From an uncultured Candidatus Peribacteria bacterium (GTDB lineage Bacteria; Patescibacteriota; Gracilibacteria; Peribacterales; Peribacteraceae), in assembly GCA_964633955.1 (NCBI GenBank), contig CAZWIA010000001.1:16820-80819 (forward strand): 64,000 nt of DNA, in the 5' to 3' direction. The first letter of the stretch is position 1; every line of letters starts with the position of its first letter. Below, piece by piece: positions 36,385 to 44,242 of this stretch. The notes below the pieces were generated by a model. It saw nothing but the letters and a program-made list of their open reading frames with translations. It did no database searches and was not told the DNA's origin. The translations under genes and the position numbers were made by a program.

Positions 36385-37737
36385 TCAGCTTCTCTGCCCT
36401 CCCTTGGAGATCCACCGCACCGGCGTCCCGGCAAAGTCCCACGTCTCCCGGAGGCGGTTCTCCAGGAATCGCAGCTGCGTCACCTGCACCTCCTTGGGAT
36501 TCTTCACGAACAGGACGAACGTGGGCGGGACCGCATCCGCCTGCGTGATGTGTTTGGCGCGGCCCACCGGCCCGAGCGGCTTGCCTTCCGTCGTGTCCTG
36601 GAACCAGCGCTGGAGCTCGCTTGCCGGCAGGCGGCGCAGGCGGTTCCGCTGGATCATCTGGATCACATCGAACAGCTTGAGGAGCCCCTCGCGCGTTTCC
36701 GCGGAGACGGGAATTACGGGCGCCCAGCGACAGAAGGGGAAAGCATTCTGCAGTTCGGCGAGCCGCTCGGCTTTCTCCTCTTTGGTGACTAAGTCTGTCT
36801 TATTGAGCAGGATCACAATCCCCGTCCCCCGATCGGCAGCCAGGCCGGCTATGCGCTTATCCTGGCGGCTCACGGGCTCGGTCGCATCCAGCACCAGCAC
36901 GCACACGTCCGCCTGCTCCACGGCCTGGATGGACCGCAGCATGGCGTAGCTGTCTATGCCCGCCTCCGTCCGCGCCTGCCGCTTGAGCCCCGCCGTATCC
37001 ACAAAGATGAATTCCCGATCCTGGGAGCGGATCACGGTATCCGTGGCATCCCGCGTGGTGCCCGCTACGGGGGAGACCAGCCGGGGAGACTCCCTCCGCT
37101 GCGCGTCGCTCATGAGCGCGTTCACAAGCGAGCTCTTGCCCACGTTGGGCTTGCCCACCACGGCTACCCGCGGGGTGTCCCAATCGGCGGAACTCCGCTG
37201 TTCCTTGGAGAAGTGCAGGCGCTTCAGCTGCGTGATGATCTGGCGCTGCAGCGCTTCCGTTCCCAGGTTGTTGAGCGCGCTCACCGGCACAATCTCCTCC
37301 CCAATCCCCAGTTGCCAGTACTCCGGCAGGATCTCATCCAGCGTGTCGTGGTTGTCCGTCTTGGTCACCACCACGATCACGGGGACATGGTGCCGCTTCT
37401 TTGACCGCAGGAGTGCCACTACCTGGTAGTCGCTGGCCGTGAGCTCCTCCCGGCTGTTGACGGTGAAGAGGATCAGATCGGCCGATTCCAGCGCCAGCAC
37501 GGACTGCGCGTGGACGTTGTCCTCAAAATCCGTGTCCTCCGTGCCGCCGCCCATGCCGCCGGTATCCACCAAGAGGTAGTCCAGCTCGTCCGTTTCCACT
37601 CTGCCCGCCACGTGGTCTCGGGTGGTGCCGGGAGTATCGGAAATAATGGCCTGACGCCGCCCCACGAGCCGGTTGAAGAGGGTGGATTTGCCCGTATTGG
37701 GCCGGCCGATGATGGCGACGGTGGGGAGGCGGGCCAT
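36385..37737 (-). CDS. der: Ribosome-associated GTPase Der (EngA), two G domains plus KH-like domain
   Basis: VAIIGRPNTGKSTLFN and VAVVGKPNVGKSSLVN; DTGG/DTAG; NKTD. Confidence 0.95.
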   Translation of the reverse strand: MARLPTVAIIGRPNTGKSTLFNRLVGRRQAIISDTPGTTRDHVAGRVETDELDYLLVDTGGMGGGTEDTDFEDNVHAQSVLALESADLILFTVNSREELTASDYQVVALLRSKKRHHVPVIVVVTKTDNHDTLDEILPEYWQLGIGEEIVPVSALNNLGTEALQRQIITQLKRLHFSKEQRSSADWDTPRVAVVGKPNVGKSSLVNALMSDAQRRESPRLVSPVAGTTRDATDTVIRSQDREFIFVDTAGLKRQARTEAGIDSYAMLRSIQAVEQADVCVLVLDATEPVSRQDKRIAGLAADRGTGIVILLNKTDLVTKEEKAERLAELQNAFPFCRWAPVIPVSAETREGLLKLFDVIQMIQRNRLRRLPASELQRWFQDTTEGKPLGPVGRAKHITQADAVPPTFVLFVKNPKEVQVTQLRFLENRLRETWDFAGTPVRWISKGGQRS

Positions 37738-37875
37738 ACGGGTTGCGTGAGCAGGATCACCCGATTTTTGCATGGAAACGCCAATGAAGCCAGCTCTGTA
37801 CAGATGTCATGAATCATGTTCTTGACAATAGCGGCGCGAGGGGTAAACCGGAGGTGTTCTTTCCCCATCCTTTTC

Positions 37876-38088
37876 ATGGAGCCCCTGAAGCGCAATGAAG
37901 CCAATTGGCATGAGCTCGTAGTCGTAGAGATCGAGCGTGTGGCAGCAGCAGAGGAACGGTTGGGCAAGCCGCTCCCAGCATGTGAAGCTGGCCGCATGGC
38001 CTACGTCACTCCACAAGTGGCTGAGGAGATTTACAATGTACTCGGTGGCAGTACGAATGTTGAGACTGAGGGGATGAGTGCCGCTTGA
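37876..38088 (+). CDS. Hypothetical 70-aa protein
   Basis: The ORF is followed 22 nt later by a strong terminator. No motif recognised. Confidence 0.4.
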   Translation: MEPLKRNEANWHELVVVEIERVAAAEERLGKPLPACEAGRMAYVTPQVAEEIYNVLGGSTNVETEGMSAA

Positions 38089-38110
38089 GCCACGGAATCG
38101 CCTGGATCAG

Positions 38111-38143
38111 ACGCCCCGCCCCTCCAGGCGGGGCGTTTTCTGT
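38111..38143 (+). terminator. Rho-independent terminator
   Basis: acgccccgcc-cctcca-ggcggggcgt followed by tttctgtg. Confidence 0.65.
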
Positions 38144-38170
38144 GCCGGACACATGCTCTACACTGCGGCT

Positions 38171-41100
38171 ATGGACAAGCCCTACAGCCCCCGGGAGATA
38201 GAGCCCAAGTGGCAGCGGAAGTGGGAGGAAGCCGGCGTCTTCCGCGTTGACCTGGAAAAGGCGAAGGATCCCTTTTACCTGCTGGTCATGTTCCCGTACC
38301 CCAGCGGCGCGCAGCTCCATGTGGGGCACTGGTTCCAGTACTCGCTGCCAGACAGCTACGGCCGCTTCCTGAAGATGCGCGGCAGAGAGGTATTTCACCC
38401 TATGGGATTTGACGCCTTTGGCCTGCCGGCGGAGAACTACGCCATCAAGACCGGCGTGCCGCCCGCGGTGAGCACAGCGCAGAACGTGGAGAAGATGATC
38501 GACCAGTACAGGAAGATGGGCGTGATGTACCCGTGGGAGTACCTGCTCAATACCAGCGAGCCCCAGTACTACCGCTGGACGCAGTGGCTGTTTCTGCAGA
38601 TGTACGGCGCGGGCCTGGCCTACAAGAAGCTGGGCAACGTGAACTGGTGTCCTAAGGACCAGACAGTCCTAGCCAACGAGCAGGTGCTAGACGGCGCGTG
38701 CGAGCGGTGCGGCACCCAGGTGGTCCAGAAGGCGCTCTCCCAGTGGTACTGGCGGATCACCGCGTATGCCGAGCAGCTGCTGAACGACATGGACGGCCTG
38801 GACTGGCCGGAGCGTACGCGCCTCATGCAGAAGAACTGGATTGGAAAGAGCGAGGGGGCGGAGGTGGTGTTTGAAGTTTGTCCAGGGTTTGTTGGTAGGC
38901 AGGGAATGGATATCGCATGGACAGGGTTAACTGAGGCAGGCATGCGAACAGTGCATCTCATTTTTTCACCCCAGCATCGTAACCGTCTGTTTGAAGAGCT
39001 GTCTGAGGCGACCGAATTACTGAGAATTCTGAAGAGCGTAGCAGAGGGGCATGGCATAGCGTTGCATGAAATTGCTGTCATGCCGGAGCATGTGCATTTG
39101 CTCGTGAGTTTCGATGCCAAGCGGCATCTGGAGAAAGATATTGTGAAAAAATTGAAAGGCTCCAGTGCGCGTGAATTTCTCCGCCGCCGTCGCACTCCGG
39201 GATTTGTTCCGAGTGGCCAACATTTGGGTGGTACCCAACGTTTGGTTAACCAACATTTGGGTAGTTTGGTTAGCCCCCGAATTAATTCGGGGGCTAACCA
39301 AACGGGCATGGCTAACCATAACCAAACGGACCTGGCCGCAGCAGATGCGGCGGAGAATCTGGGTCCCTGGGATGACATAGTTAGCCCCCGAATTAATTCG
39401 GGGGCTAACCAAACGGGCATGGCTAACCATAACCAAACGGACCTGGCCGCAGCAGATGCGGCGGAGAATCTGGGTCCCTGGGATGACATAGAACATCTCT
39501 GGGGGGAGAAAAAGCACTTCAAGGAAATTGAGAACGATGCCCAATTCCAAGCAACCCTGAACTACATCCGCAGTAACCCCAAGGAAGCCGGCCTGGATCC
39601 TGCCGGCCGCACCCTCTCAGAGCTGCCGGAGACCGTCACCGTCTTCACCACCCGGCCGGACACGCTCTTTGGGGCCACGTACCTGGTGCTGGCACCGGAG
39701 CACCCGCTGGTGGATGCCATCACCACGCCTGACCGCGCGGACGCCGTGAACGCGTACAAGGCGGAGACCAAGAAGAAGACGGAGCTCATGCGCCAGGAGA
39801 GCCGGGAGAAGACGGGGGAGTTCACCGGCGCGTACGCGATCAATCCCGCAAACGGAGAGCAGATCCCCGTGTGGATTGCGGACTACGTGCTCATGAACTA
39901 CGGCACCGGCGCCATCATGGCCGTCCCGGCGCATGATGAGCGGGATTTTGATTTTTCAATCAAGTATAACATAGAACGCAGGTGTGTGATCGATCCGGAT
40001 CTATCATCAACAGACGCAACGTTCGACGTAATCTATCGCGGAGGTGGATCTATCGCATTTGATGTAAACGAGACGGGAAGTTCAGTGATTCCGAAGGCAG
40101 CGGAGCTGAAGGCAGCAATTGTAGATGCAAGATTGGGATGGAAAGGTGAAGGAACACTGATCAATTCGGATTTTCTCAATGGTCTTGATGTGAGTGCGGC
40201 CAAGCAGGCCATGACCGACTGGCTGGAGCAGGAGGGCAAGGGGAGGAAGGTGGTGAACTACCGCCTCCGTGACTGGCTCGTCAGCCGCCAGCGGTACTGG
40301 GGCGCGCCCATTCCCATCGTCTACGATCCGGACGGCAACCCGCATCCGGTTCCTGAAGAGCACCTGCCGTGGCTGCTGCCCACGGATGTGGAGTTCCTGC
40401 CCACGGGCGAATCCCCGCTCCGGCAATCTAGGGAGTTCCTGGAACGGACGGAGCGGATCTTTGGCACAGGCTGGACGCCGGAGTATGACACCATGGATAC
40501 GTTCGTATGTTCCAGCTTCTACTATCTCCGGTTCCTGATGAGTGGTCAGGGATCAGTGGTCAGTGGTCAGAATCATGAGGAAAAAAAACTCACCACTCAC
40601 CACTCACCACTGACCACTTCTCCGGGCGATCAATTCGTCAACCTGGAACTTGAGAAGAAGTTCCTCCCCGTAGATCTCTACATTGGCGGGCCGGAGCATG
40701 CCACCATGCACCTCATCTACGCGCGGTTTGTCATGAAGGCACTCCGAGACCTGGGGCACGTCACTCATGCGGAGCCGTTTCAGCGGCTGGTCCACCAGGG
40801 GCTCATCACCAACCAGGGCGCCAAGATGAGCAAGAGCAAAGGAAACGTGGTGAGTCCGGATGACTACGTGGCGCGGTACGGATCGGACGTGTTCCGCATG
40901 TTCCTCATGTTCATGGGGCCGTTCACGGACGGCGGAGACTGGTCGGATACGGGCATCCGCGGGATCGACCGGTTCACGCAGCGCGCGTGGAAGCTGCTCA
41001 CGGAGAAGGTGATGGACGATGAAGAGGCGCCGCAGGTGCGGCAGGCGCTCCATGCCGCCATCAAGCGGGTCACGGAGAGCATTGACCGCCTGCAGTTCAA

Positions 41101-41521
41101 CACGGCGGTGAGCGCCCTCATGGAGTTCCTGAACGCGGCGGAGGCTCATGGTTCGGTCTCCCGGGAGACCGCGCAGATCTTTGTGCGCATGCTCACGCCG
41201 CTCGCGCCGCACCTGGCGGAGGAGCTGTGGGAGAGGCTGGGGGAGCCGGCCTCCGCAGAAGCTACGGCCAGTAAAAAAGAGTTTGCCATCCAGCAGCCCT
41301 GGCCGGCGTATGATCCGGCGCTCCTGGTCGCGGACACGCTGACCATTGCCGTGCAGGTGAACGGGAGGCTGCGCGGGAGCGTGGAGGTCTCCGCGCAGGC
41401 CGGCAAGGAAGAGATCCTGGCCGCTGCCAAAGCGGAGCCAAACGTGCAGAAGCACCTGCAGGGCGCCGCCATCAAGAAGGAAATCTACGTGCCGGGGAAG
41501 CTGGTGAACGTGGTGCTCTGA
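38171..41521 (+). CDS. leuS: Leucine--tRNA ligase carrying large in-frame insertions
   Basis: PYPSGAQLHVGHW (HIGH-like); NWIGKSEGAEVVF; VFTTRPDTLFGATYLVLAPEHPL; YRLRDWLVSRQRYWGAPIP; KMSKSKGN. Confidence 0.95.
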   Translation: MDKPYSPREIEPKWQRKWEEAGVFRVDLEKAKDPFYLLVMFPYPSGAQLHVGHWFQYSLPDSYGRFLKMRGREVFHPMGFDAFGLPAENYAIKTGVPPAVSTAQNVEKMIDQYRKMGVMYPWEYLLNTSEPQYYRWTQWLFLQMYGAGLAYKKLGNVNWCPKDQTVLANEQVLDGACERCGTQVVQKALSQWYWRITAYAEQLLNDMDGLDWPERTRLMQKNWIGKSEGAEVVFEVCPGFVGRQGMDIAWTGLTEAGMRTVHLIFSPQHRNRLFEELSEATELLRILKSVAEGHGIALHEIAVMPEHVHLLVSFDAKRHLEKDIVKKLKGSSAREFLRRRRTPGFVPSGQHLGGTQRLVNQHLGSLVSPRINSGANQTGMANHNQTDLAAADAAENLGPWDDIVSPRINSGANQTGMANHNQTDLAAADAAENLGPWDDIEHLWGEKKHFKEIENDAQFQATLNYIRSNPKEAGLDPAGRTLSELPETVTVFTTRPDTLFGATYLVLAPEHPLVDAITTPDRADAVNAYKAETKKKTELMRQESREKTGEFTGAYAINPANGEQIPVWIADYVLMNYGTGAIMAVPAHDERDFDFSIKYNIERRCVIDPDLSSTDATFDVIYRGGGSIAFDVNETGSSVIPKAAELKAAIVDARLGWKGEGTLINSDFLNGLDVSAAKQAMTDWLEQEGKGRKVVNYRLRDWLVSRQRYWGAPIPIVYDPDGNPHPVPEEHLPWLLPTDVEFLPTGESPLRQSREFLERTERIFGTGWTPEYDTMDTFVCSSFYYLRFLMSGQGSVVSGQNHEEKKLTTHHSPLTTSPGDQFVNLELEKKFLPVDLYIGGPEHATMHLIYARFVMKALRDLGHVTHAEPFQRLVHQGLITNQGAKMSKSKGNVVSPDDYVARYGSDVFRMFLMFMGPFTDGGDWSDTGIRGIDRFTQRAWKLLTEKVMDDEEAPQVRQALHAAIKRVTESIDRLQFNTAVSALMEFLNAAEAHGSVSRETAQIFVRMLTPLAPHLAEELWERLGEPASAEATASKKEFAIQQPWPAYDPALLVADTLTIAVQVNGRLRGSVEVSAQAGKEEILAAAKAEPNVQKHLQGAAIKKEIYVPGKLVNVVL
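38879..39628 (+). mobile_element. In-frame roughly 250-codon insertion in leuS encoding a RAYT/IS200-like Y1 transposase module
   Basis: It lies between the conserved LeuRS motifs GAEVVFEV and ETVTVFTTRPDT. HUH MPEHVHLLV; HLWGEKKHF; LNYIRSNPKEAGL. Visibly lower GC than the flanks. Confidence 0.7.
39269..39490 (+). repeat. Perfect tandem duplication, 2 x 111 bp (37 codons), each starting with a REP-like palindrome
   Basis: Unit gttagcccccgaattaattcgggggctaaccaaacggg...gatgacata repeats at 39269 and 39380. The protein repeat is VSPRINSGANQTGMANHNQTDLAAADAAENLGPWDDI. Confidence 0.95.
40541..40618 (+). repeat. GGTCAGTGG-word palindrome inserted in frame in leuS (26 codons)
   Basis: agtggtcagggatcagtggtcagtggtcag pairs with ctcaccactcaccactcaccactgaccact. 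It encodes SGQGSVVSGQNHEEKKLTTHHSPLTT. Confidence 0.7.
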
Positions 41522-42177
41522 TCAGCAACTGTCGTCCTGCACGCCAGGAGCGCCTTGGTCCCTTCCACCCGCATGATGTGCCACACCTGCCAGCGATTCT
41601 CTTCTAATAGGTTGGCCAGGCCGGCCAGATCCAGTGCCGTGTGCCGGTCTAGGAAGGCGGGATCTTCCAGCTGACGGTGGTAGGCTTTGGCCTCCCGCTG
41701 CAGGAGCGCGCAGACCGCTGCTCGGTCGTGCTGCTTGAGGATGTACTCCAGCACCAGGAGGTGCGCTTGCGGATGGCTGGCGCTCAGGGCGGAGAGGATG
41801 ACGCTGCGCTCTTGAGGCTCCAGGCAGCAGAGGACAAAAGAGAGGGTTACTACATCGTAGGGCGCTGGTGCGCGCATCAGCTCCCTCTGCGTAATGATCC
41901 GCACGTTGCGGTCGGACTTGGCGGGCGGGTGGATCTGGGCGTGGGGATCGTAGAGGTCCAGCTGGTCTTCCGGCAGCTTGTGCTGCTCCAAAAAGAGCCG
42001 GGCCAGTCCCTTGCGACCGGTACCGTAGTCCAGGAGCCGCAACGGTCCATGGAGTTTCTCCTGCCGTATCTGGCGCAGGAGGATGCCGTACTCCGCGTCC
42101 AGCTGGTCTATCCAATCCTCCGGGGAGTGAAACGAGCTCTGGTCCGGCTGGTGCGAGCTGTCCGTTGCGCCTGGCAT
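41485..42177 (-). CDS. Class I SAM-dependent methyltransferase
   Basis: Motif I LRLLDYGTGRKGLA. Its 3' end overlaps the leuS 3' end by 37 nt (convergent). Confidence 0.7.
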   Translation of the reverse strand: MPGATDSSHQPDQSSFHSPEDWIDQLDAEYGILLRQIRQEKLHGPLRLLDYGTGRKGLARLFLEQHKLPEDQLDLYDPHAQIHPPAKSDRNVRIITQRELMRAPAPYDVVTLSFVLCCLEPQERSVILSALSASHPQAHLLVLEYILKQHDRAAVCALLQREAKAYHRQLEDPAFLDRHTALDLAGLANLLEENRWQVWHIMRVEGTKALLACRTTVADQSTTFTSFPGT

Positions 42178-42199
42178 AGGTGTCACTATAGTGCCATTG

Positions 42200-43672
42200 A
42201 TGACGGCTTCCCATCCCTTTGACCGCTATGCCGCTTGGATGGACCTGGGGCTCCTCAGGGAGTACTCCGCCCGGCCGCTTAGGAAGTGCGTGCGGGTGAA
42301 TACGCTGAAAGGATCGACCGATGCCTTCCGCGCCTGGGCGGCGGAGCGAGAGTGGAAGCTCACGCCGGTGCCGTGGGCGCCGGAGGGGCTCTGGATCGAT
42401 CGTCCTGTGGCAAGCCCAGAACAGGCTCCGTTGGATGGACCAAAACGCGAAGCTCTAGGCCGCGATCTCCTCCACCTGCTGGGCCACTTCTACATGCAGG
42501 AGGCGGCGTCCATGCTGCCCCCGGCGCTCTTGGATCCGCAGCCTGGGGAGATGGTTTTGGACATGAGCGCCGCACCGGGAAGCAAGACCACGCAGATGGC
42601 GGCCATGATGCGCAATACGGGAGTCATTGTGGCCAATGATGTCCAGGAGAAGCGCCTCTGGACGCTGAAGGCCGCCCAGCACCGGGCGGGCGCGCTGAAC
42701 GTAGTGGTGACCAAGAAGGTGGGGCAGTGGTTTGGCCGCCACATGACGGAGCGCTTTGACCGCGTGCTGTGCGACGCGCCATGCACGGCGCAGGGGACGT
42801 GCCGGAAGGATACGGACGCGCTCCGGTACTGTTCGCCGGATAATATCGCCAAGATGGCGCGGCTCCAGAAGGAGCTCTTGGAAGCCGCCGTCCACGCGGC
42901 CAAGGTGGGCGGGCGCATCGTCTACTCCACCTGCACACTCACGCCGGAGGAGAATGAGGGAGTCATTGCATGGGCGCTGGAGAGGTTCGAAGGAAAGGTG
43001 GAGGCGGTAGATCCGCGATCGAATGTGGAATATCGAATGTCGAATATCGATAGGGCTATTGAAGATTCCCAAGTTGTCCAGAAGTCCCTCGATATTCGCC
43101 ATTCGATATTCGATATTCCAGCCGTCCGGCTGTGGCCGCAGACGTACGACACGGAGGGCTTCTTCTGCGCGGTGTTGCGGAAGACCGCTCGCACCCGCGA
43201 TCCCATGCTGCTGGACGCCGTGCCGTCCCAGGAGCTGCCGCTGGCTCCTAAGCATCAGAAGGAGATCCTGCAGGGGATCGAGCACGCGTTCGGCGCGTCT
43301 CTTGTCCATGAGGGCGAGCGACTGATGCAGCGCGGCGATGTCCTCCTGCTCGCTACGGAATCGGCGGTCCAGTTCCCGCTGCCGGTGCAGGACTACGCGC
43401 TGGGCATCCCGTTTGCCAAGCGGCTCAAAGACGGCCGCATCCGGCTGGACCATGAAGCGGTGACGCTCCGCGGCCAAGAGGCGACCAGGTCCGTGATCAA
43501 TCTCTCCGAGTCCGACCTGGCGCAGCTCCTAGACGGCAGGGACATCACGTGCGATCCCGCGCTGCGCGGCGACATGATCCTGCGCTACCGCGGGATCCCG
43601 GTCGGCCTGGGCCTGGCCAAAGAGGGGAGCCTGAAAAATAACCTGCCGCGCTGGGTGGTGCAGCGGGCGTGA
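42200..43672 (+). CDS. NOL1/NOP2/Sun-family rRNA (cytosine-C5) methyltransferase (RsmF/RsmB-like)
   Basis: YMQEAASMLPP; DMSAAPGSKTTQ; FDRVLCDAPCTAQGTCRKD; IVYSTCTLTPEENEGVI. Confidence 0.85.
   Translation: MTASHPFDRYAAWMDLGLLREYSARPLRKCVRVNTLKGSTDAFRAWAAEREWKLTPVPWAPEGLWIDRPVASPEQAPLDGPKREALGRDLLHLLGHFYMQEAASMLPPALLDPQPGEMVLDMSAAPGSKTTQMAAMMRNTGVIVANDVQEKRLWTLKAAQHRAGALNVVVTKKVGQWFGRHMTERFDRVLCDAPCTAQGTCRKDTDALRYCSPDNIAKMARLQKELLEAAVHAAKVGGRIVYSTCTLTPEENEGVIAWALERFEGKVEAVDPRSNVEYRMSNIDRAIEDSQVVQKSLDIRHSIFDIPAVRLWPQTYDTEGFFCAVLRKTARTRDPMLLDAVPSQELPLAPKHQKEILQGIEHAFGASLVHEGERLMQRGDVLLLATESAVQFPLPVQDYALGIPFAKRLKDGRIRLDHEAVTLRGQEATRSVINLSESDLAQLLDGRDITCDPALRGDMILRYRGIPVGLGLAKEGSLKNNLPRWVVQRA
43026..43120 (+). 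repeat. AT-rich GAATATCGA-word palindrome embedded in the methyltransferase CDS
   Basis: tggaatatcgaatgtcgaatatcga pairs with tcgatattcgccattcgatattcgatattcca. It encodes VEYRMSNIDRAIEDSQVVQKSLDIRHSIFDIP. Confidence 0.7.
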
Positions 43673-43708
43673 GGCAGGGGAGTGAGCAATGAGCAACTCT
43701 TAGCGATT

Positions 43709-43736
43709 TTGCATATTATTAATTATATTGTATAAT
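43709..43736 (+). promoter_or_regulatory. Promoter TTGCAT-16-TGTATAAT
   Basis: AT-rich island about 45 nt upstream of the GGQ-protein start. Confidence 0.5.
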
Positions 43737-43779
43737 ATACATACAATACAGCTACATCCCAAACGCTTTGCCCGTTGCT

Positions 43780-44085
43780 ATGACCTTCCCTCCAGACCTC
43801 TCCCAGGAGCTGATCGCCAAGGCCAAGGCCCTGCACATGGATCCCCGGCACATTGAGGAGCATCACATCAGGGGCTCCGGCCACGGCGGACAGAAGATCA
43901 ATAAGACCTCATCCTGCGTGCAGCTGGTGTATCACACGCTGGGAATGGAGGTTCGCTGCCAGGACCATCGCGAGCAGAGCAAGAACCGCCTGAGTGCCTG
44001 GCAGAGGCTGATTGATAAAGTGGAGGAGTGGCGGAAGGACGTGGAGCACGCGCTGGCGGAGCGCGAGTATCACATGGGGCACTGA
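43780..44085 (+). CDS. Small RF-1-domain (GGQ) protein, ArfB/peptidyl-tRNA hydrolase-like
   Basis: IRGSGHGGQKINKTSSCVQLVYHTLGMEVRCQDHREQSKNR. Confidence 0.8.
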   Translation: MTFPPDLSQELIAKAKALHMDPRHIEEHHIRGSGHGGQKINKTSSCVQLVYHTLGMEVRCQDHREQSKNRLSAWQRLIDKVEEWRKDVEHALAEREYHMGH

Positions 44086-44120
44086 GGAATCGGAACAAAA
44101 GGACTTCCGTTGTTTGGTTA

Positions 44121-44160
44121 GTTTGGTTAGCCCCCGATGTACATCGGGGGCTAACCAAAC
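44121..44160. repeat. REP-like 40-nt perfect palindrome, same family as those in leuS
   Basis: gtttggttagcccccgatgtacatcgggggctaaccaaac. It shares gtttggttagcccccga / tcgggggctaaccaaac with 39264-39303. Confidence 0.85.
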
Positions 44161-44242
44161 GTGCTCGGGCGTATCCCTTGCTTAAAGTTCACCCGCAGTT
44201 CTGTAACGACACGCGCTCCGTCCGGTGTATACTCCCACCCCC

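Noticed and set aside
34313-36442. The 709-aa minus-strand ORF taken as one gene.
   Set aside because: Its N-terminal 280 aa are antisense to a recognisable LOG/TIGR00725 gene (35660-36268, GGGIGTLNEF motif) and look like composition-driven read-through. Only the part from Met 35596 downward is kept.
39269-39490. Possible CRISPR array or minisatellite, because of exact repeats containing palindromes.
   Set aside because: There are only two units, directly abutting with no spacers. The 111-bp units are far longer than CRISPR repeats and lie inside an open reading frame. No cas genes are nearby.
38879-39628. An intein in leuS, since the insert starts with Cys: ...FEV|CPGF.
   Set aside because: There is no C-terminal His-Asn followed by Cys/Ser/Thr, and there are no intein block A/B/F/G or homing-endonuclease motifs. 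The content instead matches a HUH/Y1 transposase.
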